Assembly: GCA_965224085.1 (NCBI GenBank)
Contig: CBDCYI010000005.1
Location: 1,664,001-1,728,000 of the forward strand
Reading direction: 5' to 3'
DNA: 64,000 nt
Source of the DNA: Candidatus Marinacidobacterales bacterium
GTDB taxonomy: Bacteria > Acidobacteriota > Vicinamibacteria > Marinacidobacterales > SMYC01
Of this stretch, positions 20,301 to 30,361 are shown one piece after another. Within the stretch, counting starts at the first letter, position 1, and each line of letters opens with the position of its first letter. Below the pieces are notes generated by a model. That model saw only the letters and a program-made list of their open reading frames with translations, did not search any database and was not told where the DNA came from. The translations under genes and the position numbers were made by a program.

Positions 20301-20665
20301 CTAGAAAAGCATGCTTTCTTCGTCGATCTCGACCGTCCATTTGTATGGACGACCCGGGAGCCACTCGGCCTTGAGCTCGTAGCGAACCTCGATGCGGGTG
20401 CGCGTCGGATGCCGCGTGACCTTGATCATGTCGCGGCTAATCGGTAGGTGAAGCTCCGCCGATTTCTTCAGCACCTCTTGCATGACGACGTCAGCGGTCT
20501 TCGCGCGGGAGAACTTCGTCGTGTCGATCACCGCGTCCAGAAACTGAAACTGCGCAAACAGGGGGGGCCGAACTGTTTGACCTCGTAAGCAATGAACAGA
20601 AGCACCAAGAGGAAGATCACTAACCCGAAGGCGCCATCGCCTCGCTCACTTCTGAATCTTTGCAT
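20301..20665 (-). CDS. DUF4845-like single-TM protein, frameshifted at a C7 run (20561-20567)
   Basis: MQRFRSERGDGAFGLVIFLLVLLFIAYEVKQFGP (prepilin-like leader plus TM) joins LFAQFQFLDAVIDTTKF... if the run were C8. GGAGG RBS; directly follows lepB. Confidence 0.65.
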
Positions 20666-20705
20666 CGCCTACCCTCCTAAGGGTGTCGTGCAGGAGCGTT
20701 GGGCC

Positions 20706-21440
20706 TCACCGCACGAGACGGAAGAAACGATCCCAGCGCGTTTTGGTCAAAAAATAAGGTATGATGGAAATTAGTTCCTTGACACGATCCCAACCTTGTT
20801 TGAAATAGGCGTCTCGTCCATCTGGAGCATCGTAGGACCAATAAATCATCAGCGCCCGCCCCTTGAGAAGGTCTCCCGAAAGCGTTCCCCAGAACCGGCT
20901 GTCGTGGCTGTTGTCTCGATTGTCCCCCATTACGAAATAATGGCCTTCCGGAACGACGATCTCCGGCATGTTATCGCGACGCGCGTCGGAGAGGATCCCG
21001 AGAGAGGATGAACCTGGCGGCTCGCTGAAATGGACGTAAGGCTCGTCGAGCGGCTCGCCGTCGATATAGACCTTCTTGTTCTGAATGTGGAGCCGCTCGC
21101 CGGGAAGCCCGATCACGCGTTTGATGAAGTCCCTCTCAGGCTCTCCTGGGAACTTGAACACGACGATGTCGTGGCGGCGCACGTTCCGAACGGGCGCGAG
21201 CTCTTCCTCGAGAACGGATGGCGCGTTCGTGTAGAGCATCTTGTTGACGATGAGATGGTCGCCGATTAGCAGGTTCTCTTCCATCGAGCCGGTCGGGATC
21301 TTGAAGGCTTGAAACACGAACGTGCGGATGAACAAGGCCAGGATGACAGCGACACAGATCGACTCGAAATATTCGCGAAGGGTGGACTTTACCGGTCCTC
21401 GAGTGTCGGTCTCTTCTTTCGATTTGTCTTTCTTGCTCAC
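20706..21440 (-). CDS. lepB: Signal peptidase I
   Basis: IPTGSM (Ser), FIKRVIGLPGE (Lys), MGDNRDNSHDSRFWG. Confidence 0.96.
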   Translation of the reverse strand: MSKKDKSKEETDTRGPVKSTLREYFESICVAVILALFIRTFVFQAFKIPTGSMEENLLIGDHLIVNKMLYTNAPSVLEEELAPVRNVRRHDIVVFKFPGEPERDFIKRVIGLPGERLHIQNKKVYIDGEPLDEPYVHFSEPPGSSSLGILSDARRDNMPEIVVPEGHYFVMGDNRDNSHDSRFWGTLSGDLLKGRALMIYWSYDAPDGRDAYFKQGWDRVKELISIIPYFLTKTRWDRFFRLVR

Positions 21441-21518
21441 AGATAGGCCCCCAAAGCCTAATTAGTTAGTACTGCCTTTATGATAACTTGAAGTCAGCAA
21501 TAAAGTGGGATCGACGAC

Positions 21519-22262
21519 TTACAGAGCCGCCCCCGCCAACAGTGTCATCCACTCCCGCACCGCGGCGTCTAGCCCAACCATCATGGCGCGCGCCACGAGG
21601 TCGTGACCCACATTGACTCGATGGATGCTGCCGAGTTCGATGAGCTTGGGGGTATTGCGAAGCGTTAGCCTGTGACTGACCCCGACGTGAAGGCCGAGCT
21701 TGGCGCAGAGCCTGGCGCAGTCGCCGACGCGTTGGAGCTCGCGGCGAATCGCTTCCTTATCGCTCGCCATACCGATGCCTTCGCTTGCCGCGACATAAGC
21801 CACGGTCGAGATCTCCACGCCGAGAGCGCCGACGCTGTGTGCCGCTTTGACCTGATCGATGGAAGGGTCGAGATAGATCGATGGGAAAATGGAGCTCTCG
21901 CGCAGATCCCGCACACACTCCTTGAGCTGCGCGCTGTTGAGCATGACGTCGAGACCACCGCCGCCTGCGTTTTCGAGGCGCTCTGGAATGAACGTCACGC
22001 GCGTCGGCTTGGCGGTGAAGGCGAAGCGAGCCATCTCCTGGCGCGGCGTCACGACGAGGTTGAGCTCGACGCCCACGGTCTCGCGAAGGTGGTCGATGTC
22101 ACGCTCCTGGATCCCCACCCGATCGGCTCTAAGGTGAACGTTGATCGCGGCCGCGCCCGCTTGCTCGGCGGTGAACGCCGCGAAGACCGGGTCGGGATTT
22201 TTGGCCTTGCGCGACTCGCGCAAAGCGGCGACTGCGTCCAGAGTGACACCTAACTCAATCAC
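21519..22262 (-). CDS. pdxJ: PdxJ (pyridoxine 5'-phosphate synthase) homologue with a degenerate active site
   Basis: Colinear with PdxJ (PDPV.AA..AEQAGA, VHLR.DR, PE, GGLDV, NVGH...RA), but several catalytic positions are substituted. Confidence 0.8.
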   Translation of the reverse strand: MIELGVTLDAVAALRESRKAKNPDPVFAAFTAEQAGAAAINVHLRADRVGIQERDIDHLRETVGVELNLVVTPRQEMARFAFTAKPTRVTFIPERLENAGGGGLDVMLNSAQLKECVRDLRESSIFPSIYLDPSIDQVKAAHSVGALGVEISTVAYVAASEGIGMASDKEAIRRELQRVGDCARLCAKLGLHVGVSHRLTLRNTPKLIELGSIHRVNVGHDLVARAMMVGLDAAVREWMTLLAGAAL

Positions 22263-23601
22263 GAGAACTCCCAATAGTGCTCTCCACCGCGTCGCGCACG
22301 GTGGCGGTCAAGGATTCGATCTCTTCTGAGTCCGGACCTTCCATCATGATGCGAAGCAGCGGCTCCGTGCCCGAATAGCGGATCAGCACTCGCCCGCGCC
22401 CGTCGAGCTGGGCTTCAGCCTCCTCGATCGTATCGGCGATTTCTGGGATGGTGCGGACGTCCGGCCTCGAGCTCACCCCGACATTAACAAGAACTTGAGG
22501 AAACGGATCGAGGTGCGCCAGCTGATCTAGGCTTTCTCGCTCGATGGCGATCGTTCGGAGCACTTGCATGAGCGTCAATAGACCGTCGCCGGTCGCAGCG
22601 TGATCGGAGAAAATGATATGACCCGATTGTTCGCCACCGATAACAATATTACGCCGTTCCATATCCTGTGCGACGAACTTGTCGCCTACCTGAGTTCGAA
22701 AGAGCGTGATCTCCTCTTGGGCCAGAGACACTTCGAGGGCCATGTTGCTCATGACGGTGGCCACGACGCCGGATCCCGCCAGTCGACCTTCCTTCTTGAG
22801 ACGTTTAGCGCACATGAGCAGCATGGCGTCCCCGTTCACCGGTCGCCCCTTGGAATCCACGAGCAACAGACGATCCCCGTCGCCGTCAAGAGCGGCTCCG
22901 AAATCGCATCCGTGGCGCCTAACCGCTTCGGCCAGCCCGTCGAGATGCGTCGAGCCGCAATCCCGGTTGATATTCTTGCCGTCGGGCTCCGTTGCGAGCA
23001 GTACGGGCTCGAGCCCGATGGATTCGAGAAGCTTTGGACCAACGCGGTAACACGCGCCATTGGCGCAATCGAGAGCCAACCTGAGCGACGGTAGCGACGC
23101 GTCATCGCCAAGACTCCGTTTCAAGTGTTCCAAATAGAGGCCTTCGAGGTGCAGGCTCGGCGTCTTCTTAATTTCGCTCTCCTCCGGCTCGTCTCGCGAG
23201 GCGGCGCCGGCGACGGCGATCTCAATGGCTTCTTCGAACGCCTCGCTCGGCTTCACGCCGGTGGCGGAGAAAACCTTGATGCCGTTATCGTGATACGGAT
23301 TGTGCGAGGCCGAGATGACGACACCGGCGTCGAAACCCTGCACCCGTGTCAGAAAGGCGACCGCGGGTGTCGGGAGAACACCCGCGGATACGGAAACGCC
23401 CCCTCCTGCGTCGACGCCCGTCGCGAGCCAGTTCTCGAGATCCGCTCCCGAGCTCCGGGTGTCCCTGCCGATCAGAACGCGAGGTGTGTCCGGCGAGAGC
23501 TCTTCCGCGAGGGCCCGGCCCACGCGGCGCACGGAGGTACAGTCCAAGGGCGGTGCATAAGCTTCGCCGCGGATTCCGTCGGTTCCGAAGAGCTTTGCCA
23601 C
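22255..23601 (-). CDS. glmM: Phosphoglucosamine mutase
   Basis: FGTDGIRG, ISASHNP..DNGIK, DGDGDR, GGEQSGH, RYSGTEP. Confidence 0.96.
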   Translation of the reverse strand: MAKLFGTDGIRGEAYAPPLDCTSVRRVGRALAEELSPDTPRVLIGRDTRSSGADLENWLATGVDAGGGVSVSAGVLPTPAVAFLTRVQGFDAGVVISASHNPYHDNGIKVFSATGVKPSEAFEEAIEIAVAGAASRDEPEESEIKKTPSLHLEGLYLEHLKRSLGDDASLPSLRLALDCANGACYRVGPKLLESIGLEPVLLATEPDGKNINRDCGSTHLDGLAEAVRRHGCDFGAALDGDGDRLLLVDSKGRPVNGDAMLLMCAKRLKKEGRLAGSGVVATVMSNMALEVSLAQEEITLFRTQVGDKFVAQDMERRNIVIGGEQSGHIIFSDHAATGDGLLTLMQVLRTIAIERESLDQLAHLDPFPQVLVNVGVSSRPDVRTIPEIADTIEEAEAQLDGRGRVLIRYSGTEPLLRIMMEGPDSEEIESLTATVRDAVESTIGSSRD

Positions 23602-24518
23602 TATTGGACCTGGACCTCGAGCTCGTCCGGAGCGACGGAGACGATATGCACGGCTGCCAACTCGTCGGGACGGATCACGTGCACGATCGGCACGACTTTG
23701 TGGCGTCCGGCACCGAGACCGTCGAGGCGCACTTCGACTTCGAGATCTTCCGCGCGCAGTTGCTCGATCAGGCTTCGCGGGCCCTCCACGACGACGCGAA
23801 CGGTTTTGGGCTCGAGACGCGCGTTCATCGCTTCCGGTCTGGTCATGACCTCGACCCCCGCGAGGCCCCTCCGGAGCAGGTCCTCGCGCACGTCGAGCGT
23901 GAGCTCGATGCTCGTCCCGGATTCCAGCCGTACGAGAGGATGGAGCTCGAGGCGCACGGCGCGTGAGAAAGGTTGGCGTAGGCCGTCGGCCGATACGGGC
24001 TCTGTCGTGACTTGCTCGAGCCCGCGCACTTGCGAGGCCGGTCCGACAACGGTGACCACCTGCGGCGAAAGCGTGATGTTCTGAAGCTCGAAACCCTCCG
24101 CGGGCGCGCCGAGAATACGCGGGATCACGTTGATCGTGCGCTCCATCGTGCGGTCGAGCTCGATTTTGAGACTCGACGGCGTCACGCGCATCACGCGTGC
24201 GCCGAACGGCACTACGACGTCTTCCGGCGTGAGATAGGCGATGCGCTCTCCCGGCTCGGCCTCCGAGAGATCCACCGCCACGCTCAAATCCTGAGCCGAG
24301 ATGCTCCGAAGAATCTCCGCGGGGCCTCGCAAGCGCACGTCTACCTGCTGGACGGACTCCTCGACTACTTCGAGCCCTTCGGGGACATCCCGGAGCTCGA
24401 AAGGGATGGAGAAAGCGAACTCGACGCCTGAATCCCGTGCCACCGCGTACCAGAAGGTGAAGCCGAGCAGAAGCGAGAATAGCTTCAGGGCGATATTGTC
24501 GGTCAGAAACGACTTCAT
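23601..24518 (-). CDS. cdaR: CdaR/YbbR-domain regulator of diadenylate cyclase
   Basis: N-terminal TM (NIALKLFSLL..FW) and three YbbR-like V.V.GP repeats; located between dacA and glmM. Confidence 0.85.
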   Translation of the reverse strand: MKSFLTDNIALKLFSLLLGFTFWYAVARDSGVEFAFSIPFELRDVPEGLEVVEESVQQVDVRLRGPAEILRSISAQDLSVAVDLSEAEPGERIAYLTPEDVVVPFGARVMRVTPSSLKIELDRTMERTINVIPRILGAPAEGFELQNITLSPQVVTVVGPASQVRGLEQVTTEPVSADGLRQPFSRAVRLELHPLVRLESGTSIELTLDVREDLLRRGLAGVEVMTRPEAMNARLEPKTVRVVVEGPRSLIEQLRAEDLEVEVRLDGLGAGRHKVVPIVHVIRPDELAAVHIVSVAPDELEVQVQ

Positions 24519-25357
24519 GTGATCGGCCCTTCGGTCGCGGAGACAGAACCGGTGCGTGTCTCGGCCGGGCTCGCCTCTTTGTCTTTCTGTCCCATCGCGT
24601 CCCGGAGCTTCGAGCGAAGCTGCTTTGCGTCGAGGCCGGAAACGATCGCTCCGTCCTCCATGAAGCTCACGAGCCCCGTCTCTTCAGAGACGACGATCGC
24701 GATCGCGTCCGTATCTTCACTAATGCCGATGGCGGCGCGATGGCGGGTCCCGAGCTGTTTGCCGAGCTGCGGATTGATCGAGATCGGAAGAAAACAGGCC
24801 GCTGCTGCTGCGCGGTCTCCTTGAATGATGACCGCGCCGTCATGGAGCGGCGATTTCGGGTTGAACACGGACAAGAGAAGGTCGTAGGTCACGACGGCAT
24901 CGAGCATGACGCCGGCTTCGGCATAACTGCGAAGGCCGATATCCCGCTCGAGGACGAGGATGGCTCCCACGCGCCGCTCAGCGAGCGTGAGCACGGAAAA
25001 AGCGACCTCGTCGAGTGTTCCTTTGCTGCTCGTGGGGTTCAAGAATCGAAAAAGTGGCGCCCGTCCCAGATTGGCGAGCCCGCGCCGGAGCTCCTGCTGG
25101 TAGAGAACGATGATGGCAAAGCCGATATAGGCCAGCGTATTCCGAAGCAGCCAATTCACGGCGGTGAGGTCGGCCCAACGCGAAGCGAAAAAGAGCAGAA
25201 CGAGCAGCAGCGTGCCGACCACCATCTGGAACGCGCGCCCGCCCCGGACGAGCTGAAAGAGCTTGTAGAACAGAAAGCTCACTAGCAAGATGTCGACAAC
25301 ATCGTTCCAGGAGAGCTCTCGGGACAAGCTCTGCCAAAACTCGACGAACACCGGCAT
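24515..25357 (-). CDS. dacA: Diadenylate cyclase CdaA/DacA
   Basis: Three TMs, QQELRR.L, SPLHDGA, GTRHRAA, VSEETG. Confidence 0.95.
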   Translation of the reverse strand: MPVFVEFWQSLSRELSWNDVVDILLVSFLFYKLFQLVRGGRAFQMVVGTLLLVLLFFASRWADLTAVNWLLRNTLAYIGFAIIVLYQQELRRGLANLGRAPLFRFLNPTSSKGTLDEVAFSVLTLAERRVGAILVLERDIGLRSYAEAGVMLDAVVTYDLLLSVFNPKSPLHDGAVIIQGDRAAAAACFLPISINPQLGKQLGTRHRAAIGISEDTDAIAIVVSEETGLVSFMEDGAIVSGLDAKQLRSKLRDAMGQKDKEASPAETRTGSVSATEGPIT

Positions 25358-26262
25358 CAGCTCGGGGTCCTGGCGGGCGAGGCTGCCTCATGCGGCACCA
25401 CATTTAGGGACGGGGAGGTGGCATTTCGAATCGCGTCGGCGACGGTCGCAACGTCCCGCATTTCGGAGACATCGTGTACCCGCACGATGCTGGCGCCGCG
25501 AAGGATGGCGGCGGCGACACTCGCCGCCGTGCCGAATATCCGAGCTTCGGCTTCGCTTGAGAGTAGCTTTCCGATGAAACCTTTCCGAGACGTCCCCACG
25601 AGGATCGGTTTGCCGAGCTCAGCGAGCGTCGCGAGCTCGTTCAAGAGCGTCAAGTTATGTGAAAGCGTCTTCCCGAAACCGATGCCGGGATCGACCACGA
25701 TCGCGTCGCTCGCGATGCCCGCGCGCACGGCGCGCGCTACGGCCTCGCTGAGGCTGGCTTTTACCTCGGCCACGACGTCGTCATATCGGGGCTCGGACTG
25801 CATCGTTTCCGGCGTACCTTGCATGTGCATGAGCACGATCCCCGCTCCGGCATCTGCGGCGACTTCGGCCATTCGGAGGTCGCCTCCGAGCGCGGTAACG
25901 TCGTTGACGATGTCGGCGCCATTCGCGAGGGCGTCTTCGGCGACCTCCGCCTTGCGCGTATCCACGGAGAGCATCCGCTCGGTCCGCGATCGCAAGTTCT
26001 CGAGCACCGGTAGGACGCGATCCAACTCCTCTTTCGTCGAGACCGGCGCCGCCCCCGGCCGCGTCGACTCGCCCCCTATATCGAGGATGTCTGCGCCTGC
26101 TTCCGCGAGACGAAGAGCCCCGGACGTCGCGGCGTCGACGTCGGGATACCGGCTACCGGCGTAGAACGAGTCTTTTGTGACGTTGACAACGCCCATGATA
26201 GCGGTTCGACGTGAAAGGTCGAGGCGCTTGGCTCTGGCTCGAAAGATTTGAGACACGATCAA
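25357..26262 (-). CDS. folP: Dihydropteroate synthase
   Basis: MGVVNVT.DSF, DIGGESTRPGA, DPGIGFGK, SRK, RVHDV. Confidence 0.95.
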   Translation of the reverse strand: MIVSQIFRARAKRLDLSRRTAIMGVVNVTKDSFYAGSRYPDVDAATSGALRLAEAGADILDIGGESTRPGAAPVSTKEELDRVLPVLENLRSRTERMLSVDTRKAEVAEDALANGADIVNDVTALGGDLRMAEVAADAGAGIVLMHMQGTPETMQSEPRYDDVVAEVKASLSEAVARAVRAGIASDAIVVDPGIGFGKTLSHNLTLLNELATLAELGKPILVGTSRKGFIGKLLSSEAEARIFGTAASVAAAILRGASIVRVHDVSEMRDVATVADAIRNATSPSLNVVPHEAASPARTPS

Positions 26263-26341
26263 ATGAAGCTCCGGCGACCGAGCCGAACCCAGGGTCCCGC
26301 ATTCGCGGGGCAGGCGTCCCTGGAGCGCGCTCGACTCGTCG

Positions 26342-28273
26342 TTAACTCTGTGGGACGCTACCGGGGTTTTGGAGAATCGGCGGCGTCAGAGGCGCCTTAC
26401 GCTTTTTCTCCTTCTCCGTGGCCTCCGGTTTATCGCGAACGGCCTCATCTACCGCCGTCTCGCGCTCCTTGAGCGGAAGGCCTTCGATGAGCATCTTCAC
26501 GTCCTCGGCGTCGAGCACTTCTCTCTCGATGAGCGCCGCGGCGACTCTTTCGAGCACCTCACGATTCTCGCTCAGAATCTTCTTCGCCCGATCATAGCTT
26601 TCGCTAACGATGCGTTTGACTTCCTGGTCGATCTGGAGAGCGGTGTGCTCGCTATAGTCTTGATGCCTCGCGATGTCGCGACCGAGGAAGACCTGCTCTT
26701 CTTTACGTCCAAACGTGAGCGGCCCCATTTTCTTGCTCATGCCCCACTCGCACACCATCTTCCTGGCGAGCTCAGTCGCTTTTTCGAGATCGTTGTTAGC
26801 GCCGGTCGTGAGCTGATCGAGAAAGATCTCTTCGGCTATGCGGCCACCCATGGCTACGGAAATGCTGGCTTCCACGTAGTTGCGATCGTGGCTTAGCCGG
26901 TCCGACTCCGGCAAGAGCATCGTGACGCCCATTGCCATACCGCGCGGGATGATCGTGACTTTGTGAATCGGATCCGCATCTTCGAGAAACGCCGCGACGA
27001 GCGCGTGGCCGCCCTCGTGATAGGCCGTCGTACGCTTTTCTTCGTCGCTCATAATCATGGAACGGCGCTCCGAGCCCATGAGGACTTTGTCCTTCGCTTC
27101 TTCGAAGTCTTGCATCCGAACGACTTTCAGCCCGTGCCGCGCCGCGTACAGCGCCGCCTCATTGACGAGATTGGCCAGATCCGCGCCGGAGAAGCCCGGG
27201 GTCCCCCGCGCGAGGACGGTGAGATCGACATCATTCGCGAGCGGGATGCGGCTCGTATGGACTTTGAAAATACCTTCGCGTCCCCCGACATCGGGAAGCG
27301 AAACGACGACGCGACGGTCGAAGCGGCCAGGCCTGAGCAGTGCCGGGTCGAGGACGTCGGGACGATTGGTAGCGGCGATGAGAATGACCCCTTCGTTGGA
27401 CTCGAACCCGTCCATCTCCACGAGGAGCTGATTCAGTGTTTGCTCGCGCTCGTCATGCCCACCTCCTAGACCCGCGCCGCGATGGCGGCCAACGGCGTCG
27501 ATCTCGTCGATGAAAATGATGCACGGTGCGTTCTTCTTGCCTTGCTCGAAGAGATCGCGCACGCGGCTCGCGCCTACGCCGACGAACATCTCGACGAAAT
27601 CGGAGCCGCTGATCGAGAAAAACGGCACATTGGCTTCACCGGAGATGGCGCGCGCGAGAAGCGTCTTGCCGGTTCCTGGAGGTCCCATGAGAAGAACGCC
27701 TTTGGGGATACGGCCGCCGAGCTTCTGGAATTTCTGAGGCTCTCTCAGAAAGTCGATGATCTCTTGGAGCTCTTCTTTGGCTTCGTCCACGCCCGCGACG
27801 TCTTTGAACGTGACCTTTTTCTGTTGGCTGCTAGATAGCTTGGCTTTGCTCTTGCCGAAAGACAAGGCTCTATTGCCCGATCCTTGCATTTGCCTCATGA
27901 AAAAGATCAAAAATGCGATCATGATGACGATGGGCGTCCAGCTTATGATGTGCCCGAGCCACGACGAACTGTTCGCATCTCTCGCGTGGACCTCGACCCC
28001 CTTATCGAGCATCACGTTGACAAGGTTCTCCATCTGCGGCGGAGCGAACGTGCGGATCGCCTGGCCGTTCTTGAACTCGCCGACGATCTGGCTTCCGGCA
28101 CCCGTTCCAGTGATGGTCACTTTGGCGACGTGGCCCTGGTCGAGCTGGGCCATGAAATCGCTGAAGCTGAGTGGGCGTTCGTTCTTCTGGATACGGGACG
28201 AAACACTATAAAACAGAAAGATCACAAGTGCTGCGACCATCCAAAACATCAAGTTCTTCATCGTGGAGTTCAA
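26342..28273 (-). CDS. ftsH: ATP-dependent zinc metalloprotease FtsH
   Basis: Two TMs, [29 protein letters not shown] start at 28273 with a GGAGG RBS. Confidence 0.97.
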   Translation of the reverse strand: MNSTMKNLMFWMVAALVIFLFYSVSSRIQKNERPLSFSDFMAQLDQGHVAKVTITGTGAGSQIVGEFKNGQAIRTFAPPQMENLVNVMLDKGVEVHARDANSSSWLGHIISWTPIVIMIAFLIFFMRQMQGSGNRALSFGKSKAKLSSSQQKKVTFKDVAGVDEAKEELQEIIDFLREPQKFQKLGGRIPKGVLLMGPPGTGKTLLARAISGEANVPFFSISGSDFVEMFVGVGASRVRDLFEQGKKNAPCIIFIDEIDAVGRHRGAGLGGGHDEREQTLNQLLVEMDGFESNEGVILIAATNRPDVLDPALLRPGRFDRRVVVSLPDVGGREGIFKVHTSRIPLANDVDLTVLARGTPGFSGADLANLVNEAALYAARHGLKVVRMQDFEEAKDKVLMGSERRSMIMSDEEKRTTAYHEGGHALVAAFLEDADPIHKVTIIPRGMAMGVTMLLPESDRLSHDRNYVEASISVAMGGRIAEEIFLDQLTTGANNDLEKATELARKMVCEWGMSKKMGPLTFGRKEEQVFLGRDIARHQDYSEHTALQIDQEVKRIVSESYDRAKKILSENREVLERVAAALIEREVLDAEDVKMLIEGLPLKERETAVDEAVRDKPEATEKEKKRKAPLTPPILQNPGSVPQS

Positions 28274-28313
28274 AAGCCGCCTCCGATAAGCGAAATTTCT
28301 GGCGATTCCTTCT

Positions 28314-28841
28314 TCATGAGCTCGCGGCCTCGGCGAGGCCGAGAAAAGGCGCGCCGCGGTGATGCTCCGCGAGGCCCAAACCGTAGCCTGCGACGAAGCC
28401 TTCTTTTTCGAGCTCGAAACATGTGTAGTCCACCGGGCAGTCGACCTTCCGGTGTTTTTCACGATTGATGAGCGCTGCCACTTTGAGCGACCGAGGCTTC
28501 CATGTTTCCTGGATATGCCCCGTAATGAAGCTCAAAGTGATTCCCGTGTCGACGACACCCTGTATTAGTAGTACGTCACGAGCGCTGAAATCGTTCGCTT
28601 GGCCGAACGCGATATCGACCCGCTTCGAATCTTGTGTGCCGACCCTCATGAAATCGCAAGTCAGCGAAAGGTCGACCGCGCGGATGAGATCGGCCATGAA
28701 GACCATCGAGTTCGGGAGGACGCCCACGCAGGCGATGTTCCCGTCCGGGAAATCCGCGGTAATCTGCTGGCCGAGCTCGCGCACACGTACCCTGATGGCC
28801 TTCTCGTCGTAAACCACTGATAATTTTGACACTTGGCTCAT
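28314..28841 (-). CDS. hpt: Hypoxanthine phosphoribosyltransferase homologue with a degenerate active site
   Basis: Colinear with Hpt (FMADLIR, DTG.TL, FV.GYGL...HR) and at the conserved tilS-hpt-ftsH position. PRPP/Mg-binding motifs are altered. Confidence 0.8.
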   Translation of the reverse strand: MSQVSKLSVVYDEKAIRVRVRELGQQITADFPDGNIACVGVLPNSMVFMADLIRAVDLSLTCDFMRVGTQDSKRVDIAFGQANDFSARDVLLIQGVVDTGITLSFITGHIQETWKPRSLKVAALINREKHRKVDCPVDYTCFELEKEGFVAGYGLGLAEHHRGAPFLGLAEAASS

Positions 28842-30259
28842 TGGCTCACCCAATCGAGGCGAAGGTGCACGCGGCCCGCACCGAGCCGCGCGGTTTCCGA
28901 AACCCTGTGACCCACGACCCAGAGGATGTCGTCACTTCGATTCTCAGATCCTGGCCTCACCACCAACGGCACTTGTTGCCTCTCTTCCTTAGCGACTTTC
29001 CGGTCCATCAGATAACGTGCGAGCGGCTTCGCTCCCGGGGCCCCAAGCGGTCGAAACCGGTCCGCGCTGCGGGGGCTTCTCACGACCAGGTCGCGAGCCT
29101 CACCCTCGACGCCGACCACGACCGTGTTTCCCGCGACTTTTGGAGGCTTGTCCCCACTTCGAATCGGCCCTATAAAATGCGCCGTCAGGAGACCCTGCCT
29201 CTCCAGGATTGGCAGCTGTGCAGGGATCCTCAGACGGTACTCATACGTATTATAGCCGGTTGGGAAGCGTTTGCGCCGGGAGCGGCCCGATCCCGGAGAG
29301 AGGGCCAGGCGATCGAACGATCGCGCCACCACGAGCCCCGGCAGATGGATCTCCCGCCCGCTCTTGCCGTTTTCGAGAAGCGAGAGAGCATCTTCGACAT
29401 GCCGCTGGCTGAGATTGCGGGTGTGACCGCGCAGCACTTCGACGGCTCGGCGCACCACACGGCGCTTGATAGCGACCGGAAAGGCGGCGAGCGCCTCGAC
29501 GGAGAGGGTGATGGTCGCGCCGTCGGCGGAGGCGAGCTCTTTAAAAGCGGTACGTGCCGCCGCATCCATGAAGTCTTCCTCGTCTCGAAGGATCTCCGCG
29601 TTCCGCGCAAGCGTTTCGGCCACATGAGGGTTGAGCTCGCCGAGTCGCGGGAGGATATCGTGCCGCAGGCGGTTTCGCGTGAACCGCAGGTCGCCGTTGC
29701 TCGGGTCGTCGCGATAGCCGAGCTCGCGCTCGCCCAGAAAAGCGATGATTTCGTCCCGGCGAAGCTCGATGAGTGGGCGGATGCGCTCTCTCGCGACCGG
29801 GCGCATCGAGCCGAGGCCTCGTGCGCCGGATCCGCGAAGAGCTCTCATGAGAAAAGTCTCAGCCTGGTCGTCCATCGTGTGGGCAACAGCTATCCGGGTG
29901 CAGCCGCGACAGGCCGCTTGTTCGGCGAGGAATCGATAGCGGCACACACGGCCCTGCTCCTCGAGCGAACGCTTCGAACGCGCCGCGAGGCTCGCGACGT
30001 CGACGCGCTCGAAAGTAAAGGGCAACCCTAGTCCCTCCGCGAGCTCGCGACAAAAAGCCTCGTCGTCATCGGCCTCGGGCCGAAGCCCGTGATGGAGATG
30101 GGCGAGCTCCACGTCGATCTCGAGAGTCGAGCGAAGCTCCGTGAGGACGTGCGACAACGTAACGGAATCTGCCCCGCCCGAGACCCCGACGAGGACGCGG
30201 TCCGACGGGCTGACCATGCCTGCACGTGTGATCGTAGTCAAGACTCTATCGAGCAGCAT
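28838..30259 (-). CDS. tilS: tRNA(Ile)-lysidine synthetase
   Basis: SGGADS, HGLR, AHTMDDQAET, DPSN...RNRLRH, and a C-terminal TilS domain. Confidence 0.95.
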   Translation of the reverse strand: MLLDRVLTTITRAGMVSPSDRVLVGVSGGADSVTLSHVLTELRSTLEIDVELAHLHHGLRPEADDDEAFCRELAEGLGLPFTFERVDVASLAARSKRSLEEQGRVCRYRFLAEQAACRGCTRIAVAHTMDDQAETFLMRALRGSGARGLGSMRPVARERIRPLIELRRDEIIAFLGERELGYRDDPSNGDLRFTRNRLRHDILPRLGELNPHVAETLARNAEILRDEEDFMDAAARTAFKELASADGATITLSVEALAAFPVAIKRRVVRRAVEVLRGHTRNLSQRHVEDALSLLENGKSGREIHLPGLVVARSFDRLALSPGSGRSRRKRFPTGYNTYEYRLRIPAQLPILERQGLLTAHFIGPIRSGDKPPKVAGNTVVVGVEGEARDLVVRSPRSADRFRPLGAPGAKPLARYLMDRKVAKEERQQVPLVVRPGSENRSDDILWVVGHRVSETARLGAGRVHLRLDWVSQ

Positions 30260-30307
30260 GGTCGGACGGGTTTGCGGAGCCGTTGTGCGCTTTTGTATAA
30301 GTGTAAT

Positions 30308-30336
30308 ATAATATGAGAGTTAGGGCTATCTGTCAA
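30308..30336 (-). promoter_or_regulatory. Sigma70-type promoter for the tilS gene run
   Basis: TTGACA-17nt-TATTAT on the minus strand, overlapping a plus-strand TATAAT (30307-30312). Confidence 0.6.
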
Positions 30337-30361
30337 GGACGAAGCGGGGGCCGAGAGCACC

